Shown here piece by piece: positions 15,175-24,908 of a stretch of DNA of 27,461 nt. The DNA lies in the IMG/VR virus record IMGVR_UViG_3300044782_000003, positions 1 through 27,461 of that record; one strand, written 5' to 3'. Both the position numbers and the translations under genes were made by a program. The DNA is from a virus. Taxonomy: Duplodnaviria > Caudoviricetes. Positions within the stretch are counted from its first letter, which is position 1. Every line of letters begins with the position of its first letter. The notes under the pieces were generated by a model that was given only the letters and a program-made list of their open reading frames with translations, searched no databases and was not told where the DNA came from.

Positions 15175-17114
15175 GCCAGACCCATAATGCAGCCAGCGGC
15201 TATCTTGAACAGGTTGGCGTCTTCGGTGGCTTTTTTCATAGTGGCGTCGGCTTCGTCAAGCATCTGTTTCGCGCTCTTGGTAATCGGCATTCCGTCTGCG
15301 TCATTGCCGACGTTTATCTTTAGGTCCGGGTTTTCATTCACGAACTGTCTGGCGGCATCGGTTAGTGGATCAACAGAAGTATCATCTTTGGTCTCCGATA
15401 ATCTCTCCTGTTCTTTGCGCATGTTGTCAACAGTCTTGACTTGTTCTTCCGGCGATACAGGCTTACCGTTCACATCAAGAATCTTGACGATACTGTCGTC
15501 GAATACAACGAAGTTAGAGGTTCCTTTACCTGTGCCTCTTGAGGCTTGGTCTAGGTAGCGGATACCGGGGATGCCTTTACTTTTCAGATATTGAGATGCT
15601 TCCGGCCCACGTCCAAGAATGGCCTCGAATGCAGCACCGCCAGCATCTATAATGTCGAATACATTCAAGTTCATCGACTTTGCTACTTTTGCTGATTCGT
15701 CCTCACCCATACCGGCTGTTTTCTGCCAATACTCCGCAAGCCTCGGATGCTTTTTCTTAGCTGCGGCAATTAATGCGTTTCTAACAACCTCCGGTTGCTC
15801 ACTCAAAGGTTTGTCCCAGTCAAGGAAGTTCTTAACGGCTGAGTCGGAGATGTCTACTTTGTAGAGTGATGGTGGATTTATATCTAGCATCTCAACACCG
15901 CCAAACGGTCCATCTCCACCGGGCGTGAAGGTTTTACCGTTCTGCCTTCCTACGGCATAGCTTTTTGCAACACCCGGAGACTCCGCAAAATACAAACCAT
16001 ACCCATAAGCCTGCGCCCCTTCTCCGGTGCCGATCTTGTCCATGCTGAATTTATCGAACTTGTGCGGGGAGCCGTGGTAGGCGATTTGTTTAGGTATGCC
16101 TTCCTCCTGGCGAACCAGATCCGATTCTGTGATGAGGTCACGCAGCCGCGCCATGTTCTCGGCGTCGCGCACCGGATCGGCATCGATCCTTGCGGCCGGC
16201 AGGTCATCCACATTCACCGGCTCGTCCCGAGACATCTGGTCTATGGCCTTTCGCGCTCTGGTCACATGCGCGTCGATGTCGGCCACGTCCACGGGATTAC
16301 CGCCGAGACTGTCGCTATTCAGGTGCTGGGCCTGCCGAAGCACGGCCAACGCCTCGACATCGGATGGCTTCAGGTTCTTTCCCCATGCCTCGATATTCTT
16401 CCAAGCCTCCGATCCCTGCGCACGCTGCGCCGGTGAGACGTGCGCGAGCGTACCGAAGGCGAGACCCAGCAGTACATCGAGCGTGATCTGTTCGCCGTCG
16501 AACGCCTTGAACTGGCCTTCTGCCTTGGTTCCTTCGAGAATTTCCCCGGACACGCCTCGCGTCACGGCACCCTGCACCACGTTGGCGGCGGCACCGCCAA
16601 CCAGCACGCGTTGCACCAGATTCTTTCCGAGGATCGGCAGCCAGACGCCAAGGCCGAAACCGAGCCCCTGCACGGCACCGACCTCCTGCGCCTTGGTGGT
16701 ATCGACACCGGCGCGCGTCAGATCTTCGCCCGTGGTGAGTTGCGTCTTGGCGACAGTGAGAGCCGGCGAGGCAATGACCATTGGCAACGTGGAAAGTAAC
16801 GTGCCGGCCACCTGCCCGGCCAAGCCAACCTCGCCCGGCTTCGGCGTCCAGTAATCCACGGCATCGCCAAACAGTTCGTCATGCGCTTTGAAGTACCGGT
16901 CGCTGGCTTCCGTGCCACCATTCACGGCGTCGTAAAGTACCGGAACAGATGCCATCGCCATACTAAATGCGCGGCCGCCCTCGGCGAAGCCCTTCATGGC
17001 TGTCTGGCCGGTGCCACGAAAGAATCCATCGAAGGCTCCTGGGTCGGAGTGACTGACAATAGGCGTTTCTTCCACGCGCTTCAGGTTGTCGTCCTCGAAC
17101 AGGGATAGGCTCAT
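15171..17114 (-). CDS. Internal virion protein carrying an ADP-ribosyltransferase-like (polyvalent-protein type) domain
   Basis: Gly/Ala-rich hydrophobic N-half typical of ejection proteins; AYHGSPHKFDKFS..IGTGEGAQAYGYGLYFAE...GIPGIRYLD...NFVVFD; ends AAGCIMG. Confidence 0.75.
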   Translation of the reverse strand: MSLSLFEDDNLKRVEETPIVSHSDPGAFDGFFRGTGQTAMKGFAEGGRAFSMAMASVPVLYDAVNGGTEASDRYFKAHDELFGDAVDYWTPKPGEVGLAGQVAGTLLSTLPMVIASPALTVAKTQLTTGEDLTRAGVDTTKAQEVGAVQGLGFGLGVWLPILGKNLVQRVLVGGAAANVVQGAVTRGVSGEILEGTKAEGQFKAFDGEQITLDVLLGLAFGTLAHVSPAQRAQGSEAWKNIEAWGKNLKPSDVEALAVLRQAQHLNSDSLGGNPVDVADIDAHVTRARKAIDQMSRDEPVNVDDLPAARIDADPVRDAENMARLRDLITESDLVRQEEGIPKQIAYHGSPHKFDKFSMDKIGTGEGAQAYGYGLYFAESPGVAKSYAVGRQNGKTFTPGGDGPFGGVEMLDINPPSLYKVDISDSAVKNFLDWDKPLSEQPEVVRNALIAAAKKKHPRLAEYWQKTAGMGEDESAKVAKSMNLNVFDIIDAGGAAFEAILGRGPEASQYLKSKGIPGIRYLDQASRGTGKGTSNFVVFDDSIVKILDVNGKPVSPEEQVKTVDNMRKEQERLSETKDDTSVDPLTDAARQFVNENPDLKINVGNDADGMPITKSAKQMLDEADATMKKATEDANLFKIAAGCIMGLA

Positions 17115-19120
17115 TTATCGTCCATGTTCTTGTTGAGGTCAATCACAATGCGTTTACCGTTCTTGTCGCCAAGGTGAGAATCACCCGACACGAAGACATA
17201 TCGGCCATCCCCAAACGGCTGCAACGGCATGTCGTCCACGCGGCCGAAGTCCATGCCTTTCGCCAGCAATCCGTCCGCCTCAATCTGTTTAATCTGTCGT
17301 CTAACTTCTTCTTTGAACCGACTCTTGTCGTACCCTTGTGGAAGAATGGTTCGCTTTCCGTTGTATTTCTCAACGGGGCCGGTGACAGAAATAATGGCCT
17401 CCTCCCAGCGGCTACCTTTTAGCTCCGACATGTCTTTGTCGCCAGAATCCATTGAGGTTGAGGCGTACACCGCACGCGCTGCCTGGTAGAAGTTGCTTCG
17501 CACAGTGTCGCCCATTCCAACAAAAGCATCTCGCGTTAGGTTGTCGAATTGAAAGCGCATGTCCTTCTCGCTTGGCATGGTAATAAGCGATCCACCGGAC
17601 GGTGATCCGTCCGTCTTCTTGTTGGGGATCAGGATGGCCTGCCCACGCAATATCTGGTTCGAGAGAGACGGGTTTCTATTGGCCTCGACGCCGGCCATCG
17701 CCGTCACCGGATCGTCTGGCGCGATCTGCGCCATAACGGAGCGATATGCCTGTATGTTCTGGCCGCTGGAGTTATACAGATTTCCGAACAAAGCGCTCTT
17801 TTGTTTCGGACTCGCCTGCTTCAGTGTTGTGGATAGATTCTCCGATTCGCTCTTTGTCAGCAACTTCATGGGTGATCCGAACTGATCGGCCATCGACTTC
17901 GCCGCGAGAAACCGATTTGGTATCTCGGTAGAAACAGAGCCCGAGTCGCTGAAATTAATAGGATTTATTGATCCAACACCGTGATCGGCTGCGTACTCTA
18001 TCGGAGTATCGATACGTTCTTTAAGAACCTTGGCGGCTTGTGCTTTTAGCAGGTCTTGGTGTCTCACTTCTTCGGCAAAGTTTTCTGGACGCGCCGTGGA
18101 CGGTGCGTTTGTATCGGTGACGAACTTGATAAGGTCTTCATTACCACGCTGATACAACGAGGCGGCGCCAACGGCGAAACGCACGGATTCATCACGACGG
18201 CGTTTTAGCTGATCCACTCGCTCTGGACTTTTCGGATACGCGGCCTCGATCTCACGGTCGCTGATGAAGTTCTTAGGCGGTATTACGCCGCGCGTGCCCA
18301 TTGCCTCAATGTCTTGCATCTTGTCTGCAACCGATACGCGATATTCAGATGCTTGTTCGCTCTTGCGCGATTGGAGCAAGTTCTGAATCTTAAGACTATC
18401 GTCGGCATCGAATTCACTTTTGTTCGCGTCAAGATATTTCTGTGCGCTGCTGTCGTTAGCGTCAGCGATAAGTTGCAGCGCGATCCCGGAGTGGAAATTT
18501 GATTTGCGACCATCCAGCATCGCTTTTCTCTGAGTGGCATCCATTCCCTTGCGCTCGGCAAGTCCAGCCATTACTTTTTCCTGGTCTTCCCACTCCTGTT
18601 GAACACGGTCGAAATCGCCAGTGCCAGCCGCCTTCTGAGCGGCGCGGGATGAAGCCTCAACAAGTTTGCTGTCAACGCTGTCGTAATGATTGTCCATCTC
18701 GGCGGCGATATAATGACTCGACGACCGGTTAAGGCCGACACGCCAATTCCCCTCTACTTCCCGAAAAGCCAGCCGTTGCCTGTCGTTTTTAAGCCGTTTA
18801 TTGATCTGCGCCGTGCGTTCTGTAACCGCCTTGTCTAGCTTAGACTTGGCCTCGAAAACATTCTCGCCCTTTTGTTTGGAAAGCCAATCGTTCTGTTCTG
18901 TCTCGAAATCGAGTAATTCACGGCGCGCATCGTTCACCGTAGCGTTGTCTATTCTGTGCTCTTCTTCTCTCACCACAGCGGCAACGGCACCAATTCCTGG
19001 AGCGAGTTCTCCTGCAAATGCTCCGGCTCCGGACTGGAACGCCGCAATCGGAGCCGAGACCCCAGGATCTCGCGCCGGAGCTACGTTTGCAACGTCTTGG
19101 TAACTCGGTAATTTCGGCAT
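17111..19120 (-). CDS. Internal virion protein (gp15-like position)
   Basis: 669 aa, helical; MPKLPSY N-terminus; sits between the small ejection protein and the larger core proteins. Confidence 0.75.
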   Translation of the reverse strand: MPKLPSYQDVANVAPARDPGVSAPIAAFQSGAGAFAGELAPGIGAVAAVVREEEHRIDNATVNDARRELLDFETEQNDWLSKQKGENVFEAKSKLDKAVTERTAQINKRLKNDRQRLAFREVEGNWRVGLNRSSSHYIAAEMDNHYDSVDSKLVEASSRAAQKAAGTGDFDRVQQEWEDQEKVMAGLAERKGMDATQRKAMLDGRKSNFHSGIALQLIADANDSSAQKYLDANKSEFDADDSLKIQNLLQSRKSEQASEYRVSVADKMQDIEAMGTRGVIPPKNFISDREIEAAYPKSPERVDQLKRRRDESVRFAVGAASLYQRGNEDLIKFVTDTNAPSTARPENFAEEVRHQDLLKAQAAKVLKERIDTPIEYAADHGVGSINPINFSDSGSVSTEIPNRFLAAKSMADQFGSPMKLLTKSESENLSTTLKQASPKQKSALFGNLYNSSGQNIQAYRSVMAQIAPDDPVTAMAGVEANRNPSLSNQILRGQAILIPNKKTDGSPSGGSLITMPSEKDMRFQFDNLTRDAFVGMGDTVRSNFYQAARAVYASTSMDSGDKDMSELKGSRWEEAIISVTGPVEKYNGKRTILPQGYDKSRFKEEVRRQIKQIEADGLLAKGMDFGRVDDMPLQPFGDGRYVFVSGDSHLGDKNGKRIVIDLNKNMDDK

Positions 19121-19139
19121 CTGTTTTTTCTATCGAAAA

Positions 19140-19589
19140 CTAATTTCTATAAGCATTGGAGATGCCAGACAACAATGAAGAACCGGCACGTCCATAACCG
19201 GCGCTTTGCGCACTTTCCCCAGCCATTCTGTAAAGACTACCTTGCTGCTCTAAACGACTGGCGCGTATATCTCCACCGCTGCGGATACGCAAGGCATTCC
19301 GCTCCGATTCGCCCTCGAAATCCGATAGCGCCAGCAATGGTGTTCCGGTGCTGGTATCTGTCCCAGAGGCCCCCATGGAAGCGCGTATTTGTGCTAGCCT
19401 GCTGGCTTGCGCCTTGCGATAATCGCGCTCACTTTCGGCGGCAGCAAGCCTTTCTTGTTCTGCTTGCTGGCCGGCGACTTTGTCTTGAAAATCACCTTGT
19501 TTATTTGTGGCTTGGGCCTGTGAAATACCACCGGCAGCAGCGGCGGCTGCGCCGATGAGGCCGATGACAGCAGATGTAGTCAGGGCCAT
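19140..19589 (-). CDS. Small internal virion protein (T7 gp14 / P22 gp7-like)
   Basis: Hydrophobic Ala/Gly N-terminus, Gln/Ala-rich, RASMGASG.D..TGTPL motif. Confidence 0.75.
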   Translation of the reverse strand: MALTTSAVIGLIGAAAAAAGGISQAQATNKQGDFQDKVAGQQAEQERLAAAESERDYRKAQASRLAQIRASMGASGTDTSTGTPLLALSDFEGESERNALRIRSGGDIRASRLEQQGSLYRMAGESAQSAGYGRAGSSLLSGISNAYRN

Positions 19590-20041
19590 TATTCTAGACT
19601 CCTGGTAAAGATTGACTCGAACTTATTAAGTCCTCTCCGCTCATAGAATTGTTCTATGTGTTTCGGGCTTGTGTCGAGTGAACGGAACATCGGTCTGGCT
19701 CCTTTTTCTTCAATTCGTTTCATAGCGAAATCGAACAACGCCGATCCCGTTTTGAACGGGGCATTAGGCGCTGACCACCAGAACAACTCATCGCCGACCA
19801 ATATTGAATGGTTCCAGATGAACGGGACATAAACGATTCCAATTCCGCCCACGATCTTGCCTTCATGTTCGGCCACGGTTATTTCAAGATTATCCAGAAC
19901 CATTAGTTTCGATACATCCTCGATGAAATAGTCCCCGTTCCTAAACCACGAAGCGAGCGACGTGCTTTGTGAAAACTCACGAGCACCGTCAACGATGGCT
20001 AATGCGTCTGTGTTGAAATTTGCTGGACGGATAGAGATCAT
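19589..20041 (-). CDS. GNAT-fold protein (T7 gp13-like position, acetyltransferase-like)
   Basis: MISIRPA, VAEHEGKIVGGIG, ELFWWS..P, GSALF, FYERRG GNAT pattern. Confidence 0.75.
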   Translation of the reverse strand: MISIRPANFNTDALAIVDGAREFSQSTSLASWFRNGDYFIEDVSKLMVLDNLEITVAEHEGKIVGGIGIVYVPFIWNHSILVGDELFWWSAPNAPFKTGSALFDFAMKRIEEKGARPMFRSLDTSPKHIEQFYERRGLNKFESIFTRSLE

Positions 20042-20703
20042 TTATTACGTTTTACCTTGCGTTTCAGATATCTCATTTGACTTCTGCGGCCACATTCTCT
20101 GCAATGGCGTGAACGGCCTCCTGGCGTTGAATATAAATTCACACCACTATACTGGTGCCCTTGAGGGCAATGTGTCTTTGTCGCGTTCGTATAACCACGG
20201 TGTGTATTCACTATGGGAAGCACGACCTCAAGATGTTTTGGATTGACGCAATTCCGTACTCTACACAGATGATCTATTTGCATTCCGCTAGGAACATGGC
20301 CAACATGAAGGTTGTACGAAATTCTGTGCGCCAATGTCGATCCGTTCTTAACGCCCATAATTCCATATCCGTTTGCATTAACTGCTGCCGTCCATATCCA
20401 GCACGGATCAAAATCCGGCCTGTATGCCGGTATCGGCCCGTCTTTATTCACCTTCTCCCAGAATTTTTCCGCCAGCGGTCTGGCTCTCTCTCTTGATGAG
20501 GACCTTCTCAAACAGCCACAAGATTTTGTTTTTCCTGATGTCAGATCATCTACAGAAACAGTCTTGCGTACACCACAATCACAAACAACAACCGCATAGG
20601 CACGAGTTCGTTTTCTCTTATGTTGAACGGCAACGCGTGTTAACGACTCAACTTTAAGTCGTCCGAATCGGTTTCCTTGCACTTCATTTGAATGGCTGAG
20701 CAT
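20038..20703 (-). CDS. Free-standing HNH homing endonuclease
   Basis: GNRFGRL.V..CDCG..GKTKSCGC; FWEKV..CWIWT...NGYG..AHRISY...IDHLCRVRNCVNPKHLE; C-terminal KTHCPQGH..RHCREC; interrupts the tail B-gp13 synteny. Confidence 0.9.
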   Translation of the reverse strand: MLSHSNEVQGNRFGRLKVESLTRVAVQHKRKRTRAYAVVVCDCGVRKTVSVDDLTSGKTKSCGCLRRSSSRERARPLAEKFWEKVNKDGPIPAYRPDFDPCWIWTAAVNANGYGIMGVKNGSTLAHRISYNLHVGHVPSGMQIDHLCRVRNCVNPKHLEVVLPIVNTHRGYTNATKTHCPQGHQYSGVNLYSTPGGRSRHCRECGRRSQMRYLKRKVKRNK

Positions 20704-20706
20704 GGC

Positions 20707-20740
20707 TATAACTCCTGAATTAAGTTCAGGAATTATATCA
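20707..20740 (-). promoter_or_regulatory. RBS-sequestering hairpin with overlapping extended -10 promoter for the HNH gene
   Basis: Minus strand TATAATTCCTGAA-CTTAA-TTCAGGAGTTATA: a 13-bp stem (one G-U) hides AGGAG; TGATATAAT at 20740-20732. Confidence 0.7.
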
Positions 20741-20743
20741 TAA

Positions 20744-23239
20744 CTACTTAAGACTGTTTATAACGATCTCTGGAGCCAGACCTAACAAAGTGAACGGAGC
20801 CGGATCGGACGACTGAATTACGATGCGCGCATCCTCCGTCCAGCCACCCGGAAACTCGACAAACTTCTCGCCTGTGAATAGCGGGGCGCCAGCATCCATG
20901 GAATCGCTAACAAGGCGGAAGTCTCGTTCCGAAAGGTTATCGGCGTCCGGCCCGTATTTAATCGTATGACTGTTCAGTAAAACGAATGTCAGCCCGTATA
21001 TCCGCTTTTTCTTACCGATCGGTGTACCGGCTGGGTTTCCGGCCTTGACCTTGAGAGTCTTCAGCGTGTGGGTGTAACCTAACCCGGCCTGAACAACCGT
21101 CTTGGCTGAATCGAGCACGATCTGACCACCCGTTACGGTCTTGCTTGGATGAATCGCGCCGTTCGCCCATATTTTCGCAGTCTGACCTTCGAGGTGATCG
21201 AAACCACTCAGCGTCGTGGCTGATGTGCTGTCGTAGGTCACCATCGAATCGACTAAGTAGGCATCCTCTTGTGCGTCTCCGGTCTCGAACGATTGTTCAA
21301 AGAATTCAACATAACGCTTCGTCGCACCGTTTATCGTGCGCTTAACAATCAACCATACCTCGTCGCGTGACGATGAATCCTGCACCTGCCCTGAACCGTT
21401 CGTTCCCGGGATTACGGTTACCGATTCAACCACGGCGTCACCGGAACCAAAAACACCACCGAGGATATGTCTTCCCCATCCAACAACTTCTTCATCCCGT
21501 CTGTAGGTCATCGATAACAACTGGCCGTCATTGCGAACCACCCACACGATGGACTCCGGCTCCTCGGCATAATCCATTTCCACGACACCGCCGCGCGTTA
21601 TGTGGTTTGCTAAGCGAGTCATGTCGGGGGCAACATAGGTATCACTTACAGACTGCTGAGAGAGGCTGAATTCCCTTATCTTGCGTTTGGCGCGCTGTAC
21701 AAACAGCACCACGCTACCAACTCGTACCGGTTGTACTTTGGCGGAACCGTGTTTTGTCTGTCTCCTGGCGCTTGCGTCAAGCGCCGTCAAGGAGTCTCCG
21801 GTAGACCTCGTAACCCACTCACCACCAGTTGTACCGATGGTGAGCCGGTCCTCACCAGCGGATATCCAGTAAATCGCGTCAACAGTATCCGCATATAAGG
21901 TGCGGTCAAATGCGTCGTCCGCCGCCACCACATCATCATTGTTGTCCGGTTTTTGATTCTCAAAGTCGTCAAACTGAGACGCCCAAAATGTCTGCGGCTG
22001 TTCGGTCGTATTGGCTGCGTAGAGGCGCTGTTCAAAGAACGTCGCGGTTGTCGGAAACCCAGTGGCGTTCGACCACGCGCCAAGACGCCAACGCGTATCA
22101 GCCGTGATGGCGGCAAAAGCACTCTTTACGTGTACCGTTACGACAGTTGTGGAGGTCCGTGCAACGATAATGCCCCAGCCCCACGCTATCGCTGCAGCAG
22201 GGTTGTCGATACGCACCAGACGGCCGATATCGTTGGTTTGGAATCCGGTGTTGTCGTTGATGCCGACGATGCTGGACGCTGTGACCGTGATAGCCACACC
22301 AGTTGTGGCGGATGGCGTCATGGTGGTAGTCGTGATGTTCTGGTCGAGATACGGACCATCCTGCCAAGCTACTTCAACCAGCGACCACGACGTATGTCCA
22401 TAGCGTTGCAGCTTGTAGGTTGGTGTGGCGTCGTGGAAAAGATACAGAACGTCCGCTGTCTGCGGTCCTTCCACATCGTATAACTCAGCCTCTGGCCAAG
22501 GGGAGACTATCTCAAGCGGTGCGTTGTCGATAATGGAAACGTCATCGATAGAGACGGTTTTATTTGCGTTCGATCCGATATTCCTGAATTGCACATAAAA
22601 AGGACTCGTGGTGGGAGTAAAGGCGACGCAGTGATAACCTACCTCTTTTTCTACCGCCGCCAGAGTCTGGGCGCCGGATGCTGCCGTTCCTACCTGAAAC
22701 TCGATCTTGTCACCTGGCGCACCGACAACACGGAACTTGATAACGTGTTCCTGACCAGTGTTCGTCGTAGTAATGTCCTGTTCGGCCCAGCCAATATCTG
22801 TTACCGCTGTCCCGCCAGGAATCAGGTTTAAGTCAAGGTTCGTGGCGTCGTGAGCGATTGACCCGCCACCCGTCGAGCGATTGTCCCAGTCTGTAATGCC
22901 GGCTGGAAAGGTTCCGTTGCTAACGGCGGCGTCTGTGTTGGCCACCGTGATGCGCGCTTGGTTGCGATAGAAGCGCAGCGCAGAATCGCCCATCTCAATA
23001 GCGTAAGCCTGCGTTGTCGAGAACTGGAATTTCTTTAATCTACCCTTGACGCTGCTCGATTTAACCTCAGCCGCGTAGCGTGTTCCGGGTCGGCGCGTAA
23101 CGCCGCCCTCTGAAAGAGGAATAAGGTTCTCGCAGGTTTCCAGAGCCGCAGGATATTTGGAGAAATCAAGCCTCCCGGCGAGACGGTCTGTAATTTCTCC
23201 GGCGCTGAACGACGCCTGCAAATCATGAAGTCTTGGCAT
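20744..23239 (-). CDS. Tail tubular protein B / nozzle (T7 gp12, P22 gp10-like)
   Basis: QASFSAGEI..L.GR.D...Y....CEN.IP..EGG..RRPGT; FFEQRL; FWASQ; DMTRLANH; GWGRH motifs; follows tail tube A. Confidence 0.9.
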   Translation of the reverse strand: MPRLHDLQASFSAGEITDRLAGRLDFSKYPAALETCENLIPLSEGGVTRRPGTRYAAEVKSSSVKGRLKKFQFSTTQAYAIEMGDSALRFYRNQARITVANTDAAVSNGTFPAGITDWDNRSTGGGSIAHDATNLDLNLIPGGTAVTDIGWAEQDITTTNTGQEHVIKFRVVGAPGDKIEFQVGTAASGAQTLAAVEKEVGYHCVAFTPTTSPFYVQFRNIGSNANKTVSIDDVSIIDNAPLEIVSPWPEAELYDVEGPQTADVLYLFHDATPTYKLQRYGHTSWSLVEVAWQDGPYLDQNITTTTMTPSATTGVAITVTASSIVGINDNTGFQTNDIGRLVRIDNPAAAIAWGWGIIVARTSTTVVTVHVKSAFAAITADTRWRLGAWSNATGFPTTATFFEQRLYAANTTEQPQTFWASQFDDFENQKPDNNDDVVAADDAFDRTLYADTVDAIYWISAGEDRLTIGTTGGEWVTRSTGDSLTALDASARRQTKHGSAKVQPVRVGSVVLFVQRAKRKIREFSLSQQSVSDTYVAPDMTRLANHITRGGVVEMDYAEEPESIVWVVRNDGQLLSMTYRRDEEVVGWGRHILGGVFGSGDAVVESVTVIPGTNGSGQVQDSSSRDEVWLIVKRTINGATKRYVEFFEQSFETGDAQEDAYLVDSMVTYDSTSATTLSGFDHLEGQTAKIWANGAIHPSKTVTGGQIVLDSAKTVVQAGLGYTHTLKTLKVKAGNPAGTPIGKKKRIYGLTFVLLNSHTIKYGPDADNLSERDFRLVSDSMDAGAPLFTGEKFVEFPGGWTEDARIVIQSSDPAPFTLLGLAPEIVINSLK

Positions 23240-23240
23240 T

Positions 23241-23855
23241 TCAATCGCTCAAGAAATCGTCACGACGAAATCCGCCGCGCGAGGATGCCCAAGAACCTCG
23301 AGGCCGTAGCTCCGGGAACCCGCCTAGCGCATCCGCTGAACGGGCACGCGCCAAGACTCTAGAAGCTTCCTTGGAATACTGTTCTTGCATGGTGTTCGAT
23401 GACGACAACGGAATAGCCAAATCCCGCGCCAGTGATAATTGAAAGGCGCGCCTGAAATCAGCGGACATCAGATTCTGATCCGTCACGCGATAGACGTATC
23501 TCAGGTATATGGCGTCACTGTATGCCACGATGGCGTTTTGTCCGTCTACCTGCTCGGTACGGTATAGAACTGAACCGTGGCCGGCATCGTTATCGTGGAC
23601 GGATATCGTCCGCAGCCAGTCCGAAGGGTGAGCATAGGCATAGTCAAACTCAAACGCCGGGGCCGTGCTAAGTCTGGCGAGCTGCACTCTCTTGGTGGCG
23701 AAGTTCCACGGGTGAGAGCGCAGCAGATCATCCAGAACTTCCGTGAAGAGATCGTCTACTACATTAGCCGTTGGAGATCCATCCGTAAGGCTTGTGATCG
23801 GTGTTTGACCGACAAGCCTTAACGCGACGTTGGCTGAATCCGTGTCAGACGCCAT
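23241..23855 (-). CDS. Tail tubular protein A / adaptor (T7 gp11-like)
   Basis: MAS..D.AN.AL..VG..PITSL.D; LLRSHPWNFATKR..LA; YAY..P.DWLR; LRYV; F..AF...LA..LA.PL. Confidence 0.9.
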   Translation of the reverse strand: MASDTDSANVALRLVGQTPITSLTDGSPTANVVDDLFTEVLDDLLRSHPWNFATKRVQLARLSTAPAFEFDYAYAHPSDWLRTISVHDNDAGHGSVLYRTEQVDGQNAIVAYSDAIYLRYVYRVTDQNLMSADFRRAFQLSLARDLAIPLSSSNTMQEQYSKEASRVLARARSADALGGFPELRPRGSWASSRGGFRRDDFLSD

Positions 23856-23872
23856 TTCGTTACCTCTTTTAT

Positions 23873-24325
23873 TTACTGATTAAGCTGCGTTCTGCGGACG
23901 TACTTTCGTTTAGGTACTTCTGATTCTGCATCTTTTTTAATCAATGGTGGGTGGACGATGGATGTCTCTTTAAACCCCTCATCAAGCATCAAGCCAACCG
24001 TCGGCCACCATTCTCCGATCTGCACGGCAACCCTTGAGAACACCGTTTTCGTCATGGGCTGATATGGGTTGGCGTCGTTCGTTTGTATCGTCTCAATTTC
24101 CTCGCACACCACGAATCGACCACACGCCAGCAGTTTCGTTTTATCGTGGTTCAGGAACATGATGTTGAACAGAGTTCCACACCCCCAGCCTTGCGCGTGA
24201 AGGATTCTCGGAAGCTCTTTGTGAAGGTCAACCTGGTCGCGCGGTTGATTGAACTTGATGGTCGGGCAGTCCGGTGTGGCTTGAATGTCAGGGTAGATAA
24301 GCATGCTGTTTTCTCCAATTGTCAT
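23873..24325 (-). CDS. Hypothetical protein (start may be 24304)
   Basis: Open frame between the glycosyltransferase and tail tube A; basic C-terminus PKRKYVRR. Confidence 0.6.
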   Translation of the reverse strand: MTIGENSMLIYPDIQATPDCPTIKFNQPRDQVDLHKELPRILHAQGWGCGTLFNIMFLNHDKTKLLACGRFVVCEEIETIQTNDANPYQPMTKTVFSRVAVQIGEWWPTVGLMLDEGFKETSIVHPPLIKKDAESEVPKRKYVRRTQLNQ

Positions 24326-24908
24326 AGATCAGTTTGTCTTGCCGCTTTTGGTGCTTTCGGTATGTTTCGTCAATCAATGCTTTACCGTTACTGAAATGGT
24401 GATGCTCCAACTTTACACCGGCAACTTCTCTGTACACGCCTCTGCTCTTCGACACGTCGCCCCAGACAGTGTCGATATAGATTCTGTCTAATCCTGGAAG
24501 TGAGAGCCATCCCATCGAACGAACGAGGTCTTCACCAATCACGAAGTGCGGGCAACCTCCGGTCGTTTCGCCACCAGCGGGAACGGCCATGCCGTCGTTA
24601 CCTGCTACTTCAATCAGTTTTGTGTCCCAGCCGTGGGTGATCGGCACAACATCATCGGCGATGAATCCATACCACGGCTCGTTCGGATGACGTTCAAATG
24701 CGTGGTTGTAAACTCTCGCCAATCCGCCGCGAGACTCAAACACGACATTCCAATTTTCAAATGGGGTTTTTATCTCTTCGTATTGCTCACGGAACGGGTC
24801 GTCAAGGTCTAAGCACAGTTCGCACGGTGTCGATGCGCCAGTCAGATGCCAAGCACCGATAAGCCGCAACAGATTATGCGGTCGTGAGCGAGTCGGAATT
24901 ATCCACAT
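24288..24908 (-). CDS. GT-A (family 2-like) glycosyltransferase
   Basis: IIPTRSRP N-terminus, YGFIADDVVP..GWD (DxD-like), YIDTVW, LEHHHF..GKA..DETY. Confidence 0.7.
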   Translation of the reverse strand: MWIIPTRSRPHNLLRLIGAWHLTGASTPCELCLDLDDPFREQYEEIKTPFENWNVVFESRGGLARVYNHAFERHPNEPWYGFIADDVVPITHGWDTKLIEVAGNDGMAVPAGGETTGGCPHFVIGEDLVRSMGWLSLPGLDRIYIDTVWGDVSKSRGVYREVAGVKLEHHHFSNGKALIDETYRKHQKRQDKLIYDNWRKQHAYLP

